Shown here piece by piece: positions 43,784 through 53,021 of a stretch of 64,000 nucleotides of DNA; position 1 is the stretch's first letter; every line of letters begins with the position of its first letter. The translations under genes were made by a program, and so were the position numbers. Below the pieces are notes generated by a model. The model ran no database searches, had not been told where the DNA came from, and saw only the letters and a list, made by a program, of their open reading frames with translations. This DNA comes from Desulfatiglandales bacterium (lineage in GTDB: Bacteria; Desulfobacterota; DSM-4660; Desulfatiglandales; Desulfatiglandaceae). The DNA is taken from NCBI GenBank assembly GCA_963662465.1, contig OY759599.1, positions 6,080,001 through 6,144,000 on the forward strand, written 5' to 3'.

Positions 43784-44200
43784 TCATGGATATGGGGTTT
43801 TCTCAAAGCCTGTTACATCTGAAAAAACCCTCCCTGCATAAGCACGGCGAGGAAAATGGTCCACAACAACCCCGATCGACCCGCAAAAAAGACAGCTGGG
43901 TCGGTTCCCCGACCGCTTTTTGGGTTCAATATCACAGTCTTTTTGAGGTGTTGAACTATCATCACCAGGGTTCAGTCCATTTTTTTTGGATTTTTTTGTT
44001 TTTTCGTACAAACGACGGCGCTCTTTCCCTTTTTTCGAATTGCGGTATTTCCCCTGAGCTTTCCGGTGCAGCTGTCTTTGGCGTATCCTGCGACATCGTT
44101 CCCCACAATAGGCCTGGCCACGCCAACACGACCGACAGACGTGAAAAAAGCAACCACAACATCGGCATTGAACCACTCTTAAAAGGACATCTCCCATCAT
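43784..44200 (-). CDS. Cys-rich basic putative zinc-binding protein
   Basis: CRCC, CRSC.RGQAYCGERC, Arg/Lys-rich middle and CLFCG. Confidence 0.7.
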   Translation of the reverse strand: MMGDVLLRVVQCRCCGCFFHVCRSCWRGQAYCGERCRRIRQRQLHRKAQGKYRNSKKGKERRRLYEKTKKSKKNGLNPGDDSSTPQKDCDIEPKKRSGNRPSCLFCGSIGVVVDHFPRRAYAGRVFSDVTGFEKTPYP

Positions 44201-44282
44201 TCCGGCCTTGCAATTGGCCGGAAACACACTTATATAAAATTGGCGTGTGTGTGGCTTCCGGCTCTATCCGGTGGTCAAAAAA

Positions 44283-44312
44283 GAAGGCCCGAAGCGGCTA
44301 CTTCGGGCCTTC
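44283..44312. other. Perfect 12-bp stem hairpin upstream of the transposon operon
   Basis: GAAGGCCCGAAG-CGGCTA-CTTCGGGCCTTC. Confidence 0.7.
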
Positions 44313-44738
44313 ACCATCCATTCTACAAAGTAAATCGCATTTCCACTTAACCAAGCCTCTGTCTTGGAAGAAGAAAACCAAATCCAAAGAAAATAGATTT
44401 TCTAAAAATTTATTGAAAAGTAAATCTACATCAACGACTCCTTTGCCGCCACTTATGGATCCCTCATCGTTCGCTATACCTGAGGGCCGTACTCACCGGC
44501 GGTGACAGCCAATGGTTCAATTTCCATTAGCAAACTTGGTTCAGTTTTGATTAGCGTTGAAGCTTTACACACTCCAAAGGCTTCTTACTCATAAAAGCCC
44601 ATCTATGACCATGAGATACGCCCATCTAAGGGATGACGCCCTACGGGATGCTTCACAGGTGGCTGGGGATATCGTTAATGATGCCATGGTGGGGAAGAAA
44701 AAAGAAAACAAGGTTGTCAATTTGGAGGCATGGAGATA

Positions 44739-45242
44739 ATGGTGGAACTGGTTCCAGTGGAACGGATATTTGGGAAGATATTTTTGATTCGAGATACAAA
44801 GGTTATGCTGGATCGGGATTTGGCGGAGCTTTACGGGGTTGAAACAAGGGTTTTAAAACAGGCCGTAAGGCGGAATATCAAAAGGTTTCCATCTGATTTT
44901 ATGTTTGATTTGACAAAAGAAGAGTTCCAAAATTGGAGGTCACAAATTGTGATGTCCAATTCTGAAAAGATGGGGCTTAGACGTCCACCCATGGCCTTTA
45001 CCGAACAAGGGGTTGCTATGCTATCGAGCGTCCTTAGAAGCGATACGGCTATACAGGCAAACATCCAGATCATGAGGGCATTCACGCAACTCCGACAAAT
45101 GCTTATGAGCAATGAGGATTTGAGAAAGAAAATTGAGATCATTGAACTGAAATATGACCGACAGTTCAAGGTGGTGTTTGATGCCATCAAACAATTGATG
45201 GTGCCGGAGGATGAAACAGGGAAAGAAAGAATCGGCTTTTAG
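44739..45242 (+). CDS. ORF6N domain (KilA-N-related) DNA-binding protein
   Basis: VMLDRDLAELYGVETRVLKQAVRRN..RFP.DFMF.L...AFTEQGVAMLSSVLRS. Confidence 0.93.
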   Translation: MVELVPVERIFGKIFLIRDTKVMLDRDLAELYGVETRVLKQAVRRNIKRFPSDFMFDLTKEEFQNWRSQIVMSNSEKMGLRRPPMAFTEQGVAMLSSVLRSDTAIQANIQIMRAFTQLRQMLMSNEDLRKKIEIIELKYDRQFKVVFDAIKQLMVPEDETGKERIGF

Positions 45243-45256
45243 CCGGTTTAACAGTT

Positions 45257-45323
45257 TCAGGGGATAGGCCAGGGAGTAGCTACCCGAGCCGAACGGCGCC
45301 TTTCCTGGGGCGCTTTCCCCTGA
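45257..45323 (+). ncRNA. Candidate three-way-junction structured RNA
   Basis: P1 TCAGGGGA/TCCCCTGA, P2 GGC.GGG/CCC..GCC, P3 GCGCC/GGCGC. Confidence 0.45.
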
Positions 45324-45356
45324 TTTCTACCAGGCCGCTTACAGAAGGCGGGCGTT

Positions 45357-45884
45357 ATGGACAATATTTCACAGTTGGTGTGTCGGTTACTTGACGGTGT
45401 TACGGATGACAAGGGCGACCACGTCACTATCGAAATTTCAAAAGGTGATTTTCGCGAGATTATTCTAAGCCTGGGCGCTGCGATTCAATATAAAAAAGAG
45501 AATTCCGAAAACGAAACCTTAAAAGATGCCCTCATGGATTACCATGAGCAAGCGCTTGCCGTTTTCAAAAGCGCTCAAACGGAAGCTGAGGGGCTTCGGA
45601 AAGCAAAAAAAGCCTTTGGGTGGAGTTTTAAAAAACCTGTCAACAAAGGTGCTGTTTTTTGGGATTACATCAAGTTGATAACCGGGAATTACGACCTTGA
45701 AACAAAAACGGAAACAGTCCCCATTTCAAAAACGGAAGCCGTTGAAAAAATCCGCCAAAAATATGAGCTTGCATCATGGGAAGCCGCTTACAAACAAATC
45801 CAGCAGGCTATTAAAGATCGTAAGGTAAAGTTTGGTGATGAAGGTTACAAAGGATTGCTCCCCCCTAATTGGCCGGATGGATAA
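45357..45884 (+). CDS. Hypothetical protein of the integrative element
   Basis: 175-aa ORF between the ORF6N and excisionase-like genes. Confidence 0.65.
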   Translation: MDNISQLVCRLLDGVTDDKGDHVTIEISKGDFREIILSLGAAIQYKKENSENETLKDALMDYHEQALAVFKSAQTEAEGLRKAKKAFGWSFKKPVNKGAVFWDYIKLITGNYDLETKTETVPISKTEAVEKIRQKYELASWEAAYKQIQQAIKDRKVKFGDEGYKGLLPPNWPDG

Positions 45885-46008
45885 TCATAAAGACAAAATT
45901 TAATCAATATTTGTTTGTTAGATAAATATTATACCCTGTTTTACCTTAAAGGCGCATTCGAATTGAATGCGTCTTTTTTTTTACCATTTAAACAACGGGG
46001 GATTAACA

Positions 46009-46200
46009 ATGCAGAAAACAGAGAATTTCATGAACGATCGGGAGGCTGCGGAATTTTTGAGGCTGAGTCCTCAAACGCTACGGAATTGGAGGACTCAAAG
46101 CAAAGGGCCAGTCTACATCAAGGCAGGCAGGGCCATTCGTTACGCTATGGAAGATTTGAGAGCGTACATGAATCAGAACCGGGTGGACAACGCCCATTAG
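46009..46200 (+). CDS. Excisionase/AlpA-like HTH protein
   Basis: MNDREAAEFLRLSPQTLRNWR...GPVYIKAGRAIRY...DL. Confidence 0.88.
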   Translation: MQKTENFMNDREAAEFLRLSPQTLRNWRTQSKGPVYIKAGRAIRYAMEDLRAYMNQNRVDNAH

Positions 46201-46470
46201 AAAGGAGGTGGCAATTATGAAAACAATACTTGTGATGGGGCGGGTATTTAAAATCAGCGATGTCGCACACATCGGGAAATAACAAAACGGGCGGGAAATG
46301 CTTCTGACGTCGGAACATATCTAACCAATATTTTTGAAAGGAAATGGCAAAACAAAAACAAGTATTCCTTAACGGAAATCATGCAGACTGAAATAAATGT
46401 GTTGGCCGATGAATAAACGGAAAAGCCCCTCCCCTGGGGCAATCAGGGGAAGGGGCCATGAGGTGATACG

Positions 46471-47127
46471 ATGAACTTAACAAGTAATAATTTAACGGTT
46501 GATGAGGCGAAAGTCAAGGATTTCGTCCATGGCCGGATGGAGGCGGTGGAGAATGGATTTCTTTGCATATGGTGTCAAAAAGGCAAGGATGGGCCGAAGC
46601 GGAGCAAGTTCTTTGGGCCAGATGAGAGTGATCAGGCCGCCCTCTATTGTGCCGATATGGCAAAAAAGGGGTGGGATGTGTACTTTGGGCAGGGGTTTCT
46701 CAAAAACCCTTTACAGAGTCCGCTCCGGGGCAAGGAATCGGATGTGGTGGCCATTATTTGCTTTTGGTTCGATTGCGACATAAGGGGCGGCGTCCACAAA
46801 GAAAATCCAAAGAACCTACCAACAGAAGGAGAATCGAAAGCCTTTTTTCGTGATGAGATCCCATTCAAGCCATCGCAAGTCATCCATTCAGGTGGTGGCC
46901 TACATCTCTATTGGCTATTTGACGAACCCTTCATCATTAAAACAGAAAACGATCGAGCCTTCATCAAAGACATTTCAAGCCGGTTTCAGCTCTTGATTAT
47001 TGAAAAGATGAAATCCCATGGTTGGAAACAGGACAACACAAGCGATCTTGTGCGGGTGCTGCGGGTGCTGCGGGTGCCTGGGACTTTCAATTTTAAAAGT
47101 AAGCCGGTTATGGTGGAGGTGATTTGA
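46471..47127 (+). CDS. RepB-like/AEP primase catalytic domain (probably part of a split gene)
   Basis: WDVYF, FWFDCD, HSGGGLHLYW, D..RVLRVPGT.N.K. Confidence 0.8.
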   Translation: MNLTSNNLTVDEAKVKDFVHGRMEAVENGFLCIWCQKGKDGPKRSKFFGPDESDQAALYCADMAKKGWDVYFGQGFLKNPLQSPLRGKESDVVAIICFWFDCDIRGGVHKENPKNLPTEGESKAFFRDEIPFKPSQVIHSGGGLHLYWLFDEPFIIKTENDRAFIKDISSRFQLLIIEKMKSHGWKQDNTSDLVRVLRVLRVPGTFNFKSKPVMVEVI

Positions 47128-47471
47128 TGGAGTCTACAAATTACAGATATGGGATTTACCCTATCATGGAATGGGTTGACCTGGAATATGACAAACAAGA
47201 GTCCCATGAACAGTCCACGGGTGATCACGACAACACCCACAGGGACACACAAAGGGCCATCCAAGCATGCGAGTATCTCCGCCATTGCAGAGACCATGCG
47301 GCGGGGCTTACGGAGCCTGAATGGTGGGCCATGGTTTGCGCCCTTGCTCTTGAGCATGATGCGGAAAAAATTATTCATGAAATGTCACAGGGTTATCCAG
47401 GGTACACAGAAAAAGAAACCAACAAAAAGATAAAGGAGATTAAAAAATGCAAAACTCCAGTGAACTTTTAG
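47124..47471 (+). pseudogene. PriCT-like primase C-terminal domain fragment
   Basis: C.YL..C......L.EPEWWAM...IHEMS..YPGY...ET..K. Confidence 0.6.
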
Positions 47472-48522
47472 AAGAAATCCAAGGGCTTTCGGATGCTACG
47501 GAACCCACAGAAAAAAGATACAAAACCAATGATTGCACAACGGAAAAGATGGTTGAACTTCTTTCAACTAATCCGAGGGGGCTTTTATACTTTCGGGATG
47601 AGCTTGTGGGCCTATTCCGGCGGATGGATAAGCCTGGGTATGAACAGGACAGGGCCTTCCTCATTGAGTCATGGAGCGGGAATGGGGAGCATACGGATGA
47701 TAGGATTAATCGGGGGACCATCAGGGCCAAGAACTTGTGTATCTCTATGTTGGGCAGTATCCAGCCGGGGAAGTTGGCGGGTTATCTACGGCAAGCCATA
47801 TCAGGTGATGACAACGACGGTTTTGTTCAAAGGCTTCAAATGATGGTTTACCCGGATTTGCCTAAGTTTGCTTACATAGATCGGTGGCCGGATGTGGAAG
47901 CAAAAAACAGGTGTTATGAAATTATCAGGGATTTGGCGAATTCAGATTTTGACGCATTCAGTATGGGTAATGATTTTGAACAGGATGAATCCGGGCCTTT
48001 CCTCAAATTTGACGATGAAGCGCAAGAGGTGTTTGAAGAGTGGTTCATGGACTTGCAATCAAAGATTGAGGCTGAAGATGAGCATCCCGCTCTCATTGAG
48101 CGGGGAAGTACAGATCTCTTATGCCATCATTGGCGTTAATTTTCCATCTTATCGAGCTTGCGGATGGAACGGGCGAGGGCGCTATTTCCAAGAGGTGTGC
48201 AATACAGGCAGCGGCATGGTGTGACTACCTTGAATCACACGCCAGGCGGATATATGGCATGGTGCTTGACGGTGCTGCTATTGCGGCGGCTGTACTGTCA
48301 CAAAAGATTGAAACCAAAAAGCTGGAATCCCCATTTAAGATCAGAACCATTCAGAGAAAGGGATGGGCGAGATTAACGGATAATTCCGAAATCTGGGAGG
48401 CTGTTTTGTATTTGGCCGATGCCGGATGGGTTCGGGAAAAGGAACCGGATCAAAAGAAATGGGGCAGACATGCGGAACCCGAATGGGAAATCAACCCTAA
48501 TGTTTTTTCATATATTCACTAA
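47447..48522 (+). pseudogene. DUF3987/YfjI-family helicase-like protein, truncated and frameshifted
   Basis: ND.TTEK...LL..NPRGLL..RDEL, GSIQPG, DGFVQR; continues in another frame (MPSLALIFHL...HARRIY) from about 48121. Confidence 0.8.
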
Positions 48523-48528
48523 AAGGAG

Positions 48529-48728
48529 TACCGACAAAACCGACAGAAGTAGTTTTGTCAGTTTTGTCAGTACCCAATTAAGGGAATAAGCGTTTTTTTT
48601 AGGTGATCACATGAAATGGATTAACGAACTTGAAAAAATAAAAAGTCCAGATCCCAAAATAACAGGGAAGGATAATCTTAATGATTTCTTGTGTGACGTA
48701 AAACCCCATACCGACAAAAGTGACAAAA
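48529..48728. repeat. Iteron-like (C/T)GACAAAA repeats in direct and inverted arrangement
   Basis: TACCGACAAAACCGACAGAA (48529), inverted TTTTGTCAGTTTTGTCAGTA (48553) and TACCGACAAAAGTGACAAAA (48709). Confidence 0.7.
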
Positions 48729-49090
48729 CGCCCACAACAGAAAAGCGAGAAAACGAAAGAACTGGTTATCCCATACCCACAGATGAAAATGAATTTGCCA
48801 GGGACGAACGGCAAGCCATCATTGAATTTGATGGTGGAGGCCAGGGGGTCCCCTACATCGGGCCGGTGGCCGTCAAAACGAATTCTAAAATCCTGGCCAC
48901 GGTTGATGTCCATCCTGAACCTGATCAGGCGGTGGTGGGCGGGGTGAAATATTCCAAGGTTGAATTGGCGGACCTGCTATCCCGAAAGATATCCCATGAT
49001 GATCTGTTAACAGTCCATCGAGCGAAACAAGAATTTGAGGGGGCGGTGGTCCCCAATAATCATAAGGAGATGAAAAATGACAAGTTTTGA
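48611..49090 (+). CDS. Hypothetical protein
   Basis: 159-aa ORF with an AGGTGA RBS; contains DERQAIIEFDGG. Confidence 0.6.
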   Translation: MKWINELEKIKSPDPKITGKDNLNDFLCDVKPHTDKSDKTPTTEKRENERTGYPIPTDENEFARDERQAIIEFDGGGQGVPYIGPVAVKTNSKILATVDVHPEPDQAVVGGVKYSKVELADLLSRKISHDDLLTVHRAKQEFEGAVVPNNHKEMKNDKF

Positions 49091-49241
49091 AAATGGTGAT
49101 TTGGCGGAGCTTAACACATCCATTGAAACCCTGGTCCTGGCTATTCGCGAGGTCGGCAATGACGTTGCGGCTGAACTTAAAAATTTAACGAAAGCGGTTC
49201 ACAATATCCAGGCAGAGGGCTTGAACATTTGGACTGAATGA
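49077..49241 (+). CDS. Small hypothetical protein (54 aa)
   Basis: AAGGAG RBS; MTSFENGDLAELNTSIETLVLAIREV... Confidence 0.5.
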   Translation: MTSFENGDLAELNTSIETLVLAIREVGNDVAAELKNLTKAVHNIQAEGLNIWTE

Positions 49242-49256
49242 AAAAGGGGGTAGCAG

Positions 49257-49340
49257 AAGGATCTGGCGTGTTGGTGTAAACCAGGGACCCCTTGCCATGG
49301 GGATGTGTTGTTGGATGTGGCAAATGGAGGCAAAAGATGA
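49257..49340 (+). pseudogene. C-terminal remnant of a DUF4326-like protein
   Basis: KDLACWCKPGTPCHGDVLL with no N-terminus. Confidence 0.6.
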
Positions 49341-49549
49341 GTGAAAAAGAAGAGTTGAAATCGGAGATTGAACATCTCAAAGCGCAAGTGGATTGTTTGA
49401 ACTTTGCTATTATGGGGATACAGGCGGCGCTTGCGGTGAGTCTGGATGAAGACAATGGCACCATTCCCGTTATCATAGATAGGGTTTCGATCCTTGAAGA
49501 TACGATGGGGCGATTGATAACCGGGCCAGAAGCCAGGGTTTTGAATTGA
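49337..49549 (+). CDS. Small hypothetical protein
   Basis: GGAGG RBS; MSEKEELKSEIEHLKAQV coiled coil. Confidence 0.5.
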   Translation: MSEKEELKSEIEHLKAQVDCLNFAIMGIQAALAVSLDEDNGTIPVIIDRVSILEDTMGRLITGPEARVLN

Positions 49550-50516
49550 GATGGTGGGCATAGGGGGCCTAGCTCTCTGCGGGTCCCTCTATGCGTTTCC
49601 CCCATACGAGGCTGAGATGGGCAAGGCTTCACAATTTTTTCCACAAAAACATAGGTGAACCGAATTTAATTAGAGGAGTCTAACAATGGAAGTTACGACA
49701 AAACAATTGGATGATCTTAACGATTCTCACAGGCATGGCACAAATGGCGGATATCAAGACTATTGAAAAACGTATTGCGGATGGTTCATAGTTTGGAAAT
49801 CGGTGTATTGATTTTAAACCCCTAAGAGGACCCTTGAACGTACCAGACAGGCCAGGTTAAGCGTTAAAGCCCAAAGGCATACCATGGCAAAGATTATTGA
49901 TCAATAACCATACAGAGCGATCTTGTTTGATGGAGAGTGATTTTAAATAAGCCTTGCCATTTAGCCGAGATTGCACGAAAACGATCAGATCCATATCAGG
50001 GTATAGACTGAAAAACGGTTTCCAGGAATGGGGCCGTTTTTTTGTCGGAATCAGGGATGATTGTTTGATTTCCGTACACGGTTTTCAAATATCTATTTCA
50101 TAAGGCTGTCAGATCAACCAGAATCGACGAACGGGCTTAAGCCCATGGCCAGGTGGCCACAAAGGTGTATTATGTTGTGGTGGGAATTATGAGACAGTTG
50201 CCGGGTTCCCGGTATCGGGAAGGGGTTTTTAGGGTTAATAGGGTTTTTAGGTAAGATTCAGAAAATGATTTTTTCAGGCCATCTCTTGATAGGGGTGGCC
50301 CTTTTTTGTGGGGGACGGTGTGGGGGAAGATGATTTTTTTTTATCCGGCAACGGAAATCTTTCAGGGGAACCTATCCAGATTTAATTTTCCATGAACGGG
50401 ATGAACCCCATGAAAAGGCCCATTTACCGGGTTGATGTGGGGGATAGTGTGGGGGACAGGAAAACAGGTCACAAAAAAAGGGCTTACGAAATTAATGTAA
50501 GCCCTTGTTATTGTTA

Positions 50517-50593
50517 TGGTGGGCGATGCGCGACTCGAACGCGCGACCTCTGGTTCCGGAGACCAACGCTCTATCCAACTGAGCTAATCGCCC
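50517..50593 (-). tRNA. tRNA-Arg (CCG)
   Basis: GGGCGATTAGCTCAGTTGGATAGAGC...CT-CCG-GA...GTTCGAGTC...CCCACCA. Confidence 0.97.
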
Positions 50594-50722
50594 TTTGCAA
50601 CCTATTGATACCAGGTTTTTTCCCCAAGGTCAAGAAAAGGGTTGAAAGAAACAGGGCAAATTTGTTCTATTTGTAAACCTTTGATATCAAAACCTTATGA
50701 AGGACACATCAATTCAAACAAA

Positions 50723-51229
50723 TCAATGGATTAGCGTTAGAACAAATTCACCGTGTTGAAAGAAACCCCAGGCATTGAGTTGATTTTCCATTTTTGCCCT
50801 GTGGCTTCCAGGCCAGAAATATCTGCCGCAGGAGGAACAAAACCGGATGGTATTTATGTTTTTGTAGAAGACATATTCCGGAACATTGTCACGCACCACA
50901 TCTTCCGATGTATCCATCAAGGGCACATTACACACGAGGCATCTGCTGAACCACCCGGTATGATGGGGACCGGAGAGATACTCGCTTTTCAGTTGGGCTA
51001 ATTGCTCACCCACATGATTGTCCCGAATAAAAACGGCCCCTTCCAGTAACGGGATCAATTTCAATTGGCGGGTCAACGGTATTCGGCCCTGCTTTGCCAT
51101 TTTATCGATGATGTGAACCTGGCTAAAAGACCGATAATGCGTGTCAAAACCAAGAACCCTGAGCCATTTGGCAAGTCTGCCCAGCATGACGTCCGCAACA
51201 AACCGCACCGGAAATCCCCTTTCGCCCAT
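50723..51229 (-). CDS. Mut7-C RNase domain protein
   Basis: FVADVMLGRLAKWLRVLGFD, SRCLVCN, CSSCGRYFWPGSH. Confidence 0.9.
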   Translation of the reverse strand: MGERGFPVRFVADVMLGRLAKWLRVLGFDTHYRSFSQVHIIDKMAKQGRIPLTRQLKLIPLLEGAVFIRDNHVGEQLAQLKSEYLSGPHHTGWFSRCLVCNVPLMDTSEDVVRDNVPEYVFYKNINTIRFCSSCGRYFWPGSHRAKMENQLNAWGFFQHGEFVLTLIH

Positions 51230-51510
51230 TTTGCCATCACGGATAAGAAGGGTATTGAAAGAAATAGACTGGGATCGCAAGCCGCTGTCTCAGCTTGCAT
51301 TATCAGAAAGATTATAGTAGAATTTTTCGCGGATGGGAAGCAAGAATATGGCTCTTTTTTTTTGTGTACTGCGGGATGCCAAATGACCCTCCTGATTTTC
51401 CAAGAAGGATAAGGGGAGGTTCCTTAATAATAACTTCACGAGCGCCACACCGTTGACTACGCCAATGTGACCCACGGTGGCGTGACAATGAAAATTGGAG
51501 GTGAGAAGCC

Positions 51511-52407
51511 ATGGCTTCAAGGGTTGTAACCAAAACCGATTTTAGCGATATTCCTCTTTTGAAACGGGGAAAAGTTCGAGATGTTTACGAAATTGAAGAT
51601 AAACTGCTGATTGTGGCAAGCGATCGCATGAGTGCCTTTGATGTTGTGATGGATGATCCCATTCCCGACAAAGGCAGCATCCTCACGGGGATATCTCTTT
51701 TCTGGTTTGAAAAACTGGCGCCAATGGTGGAAAACCATCTCATTAGCGCATCGCCCTCCGAGTACCCTGAAATCTGTCGTAAATATATTGAACAGCTTGA
51801 ACACCGCAGCATGCTCGTCAAAAGAACAGTGCCATTGCCCGTTGAATGTATTGTCAGAGGATATCTCTCCGGGTCCGGCTGGAAGGAATATACGGCGACC
51901 GGAGGGATTTGCGGCATAGCGCTTCCAAAAGGACTTCGTGAATCAGAAAAGCTGTCGGAACCCATTTTTACCCCCTCCACCAAAGCCGAAGACGGCATGC
52001 ATGACGAAAATATTGATTTTGAAACCACAGTTGGACTTCTAGGCAGGGATATGGCGGAAAACGTTCGTCGTTTAAGCCTCAAGATTTATGAATTCGGAAG
52101 GGACCTGGCGGCCCAGAAAGGGATTATTGTTGCGGACACCAAATTTGAATTCGGTGTCAAAGATGGAAAATTGATCCTTATTGACGAGGTATTAACCCCC
52201 GATTCGTCCCGCTTCTGGCCCATGGATGCCTATGCACCGGGAGGCCCGCAAAAGAGTTTTGACAAGCAATTTCTGCGGGATTATCTGGTCCAAATCAAGT
52301 GGCCCAAAACGCCGCCGCCACCAAAGTTACCCAAGGAAATCATCGATAAAACAAGAGAAAAATATCTGGATGCATTGGAACGGTTAACCGGCCATGGTCT
52401 GCAATAA
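51511..52407 (+). CDS. purC: SAICAR synthetase
   Basis: [45 protein letters not shown]. Confidence 0.97.
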   Translation: MASRVVTKTDFSDIPLLKRGKVRDVYEIEDKLLIVASDRMSAFDVVMDDPIPDKGSILTGISLFWFEKLAPMVENHLISASPSEYPEICRKYIEQLEHRSMLVKRTVPLPVECIVRGYLSGSGWKEYTATGGICGIALPKGLRESEKLSEPIFTPSTKAEDGMHDENIDFETTVGLLGRDMAENVRRLSLKIYEFGRDLAAQKGIIVADTKFEFGVKDGKLILIDEVLTPDSSRFWPMDAYAPGGPQKSFDKQFLRDYLVQIKWPKTPPPPKLPKEIIDKTREKYLDALERLTGHGLQ

Positions 52408-52652
52408 AGATTCCTGGTGAAAAGAGCAAATCGAAGAATTCGAGATTGGTATTTTCACCCGGTTACACGTGGTTTCCAGAAAACGGTGTTTTCACGTTAA
52501 ACCGCGTTGAGCCTAATTTTCCATTTAAGAATGAATCCCCAGGGAAAGATGTTGGGGGTTTAATTCTAAATTATCAAATAACATGGCTTTCCAGTTGGTA
52601 ATCCCTTTCCTTCTATTTCCCCTTTTCTCGCCCTGAAGGTACTTGGCCAGCT

Positions 52653-52852
52653 TCACAGTTCTAAGCGCGAAAGCGAACGACTTATGCCAAAGGGGACCTT
52701 TGGGGAATTGAGAGTTGAGAGTTGTAAGTTTTCTTTGTCTTTCATTCTCAACTCTCCCCTTATCTCCTCTTCAATCTCTTCCATGGTCGGCATTGCTCCC
52801 TTCAACTCATCCGGAAGGACTTCGGTCAGCGTAAATTCACTGACGCCCATAG
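52653..52852 (-). pseudogene. C-terminal remnant of a YhcG/DUF1016-like PDDEXK protein
   Basis: PMGVSEFTLTEVLPDELKGAMPTMEEIEEEI, typical of the YhcG C-terminal tail. Confidence 0.6.
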
Positions 52853-52854
52853 GT

Positions 52855-53021
52855 ATCGACAACGAGCAGGTGAATATGGTTTGAAGTCACCAGTTCAAAA
52901 GCGTTAATCCATATCGCTTCCGGGCATGATAAAGCCATTGTAAATAACGATGACGGTCTTTAGAAAATTTGAGGAGAAATTCTCGCTTATGGCACCGGTG
53001 CGTGATATACCAAACGTACCC
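52855..53021 (-). pseudogene. Fragment of a REP-associated tyrosine transposase (RAYT, Y1 HUH)
   Basis: GYVWYITHRCHKREFLLKFSKDRHRYLQWL..ARKRYGL.LLN, then after a frameshift VTSNHIHLLVVD (HUH motif). Confidence 0.8.

Larger units (their letters stand above)
39838..44562 (-). mobile_element. IS21-related transposon (4,725 bp) with ParB-like, wHTH and Zn-finger genes
   Basis: 8-bp duplication CTTTACAC at 39830-39837 and 44563-44570, imperfect terminal inverted repeats, and istA/istB. Confidence 0.92.
39104..44739 (+). pseudogene. Tyrosine integrase, 5'-truncated and split by the IS21-like element
   Basis: 39104-39837 reads RWTFDRLW...TGMRRTEL...HGLRHVFASMLASSGKVDLYT and 44563-44739 resumes LYTLQRLLTHKSPSMTMRYAHL. 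No in-frame start codon upstream of the homologous region. Confidence 0.9.
39104..50516 (+). mobile_element. Decayed integrative element (phage-satellite/IME-like) adjacent to the tRNA-Arg 3' end; left boundary uncertain
   Basis: Integrase, ORF6N, excisionase-like HTH, primase, PriCT and DUF3987 genes all on the + strand, ending at the tRNA; several genes are broken. Confidence 0.75.

Noticed and set aside
51440..51483. Purine or ZTP riboswitch upstream of purC
   Set aside because: A hairpin (CGCCACACCGT/ACGGTGGCG) exists, but the ZTP and purine aptamer consensus sequences are not recognisable.
52480..52700. attC sites downstream of the integron relics
   Set aside because: Isolated TAAC and GTT boxes occur, but no paired R''-L''/L'-R' hairpin could be assembled by eye.
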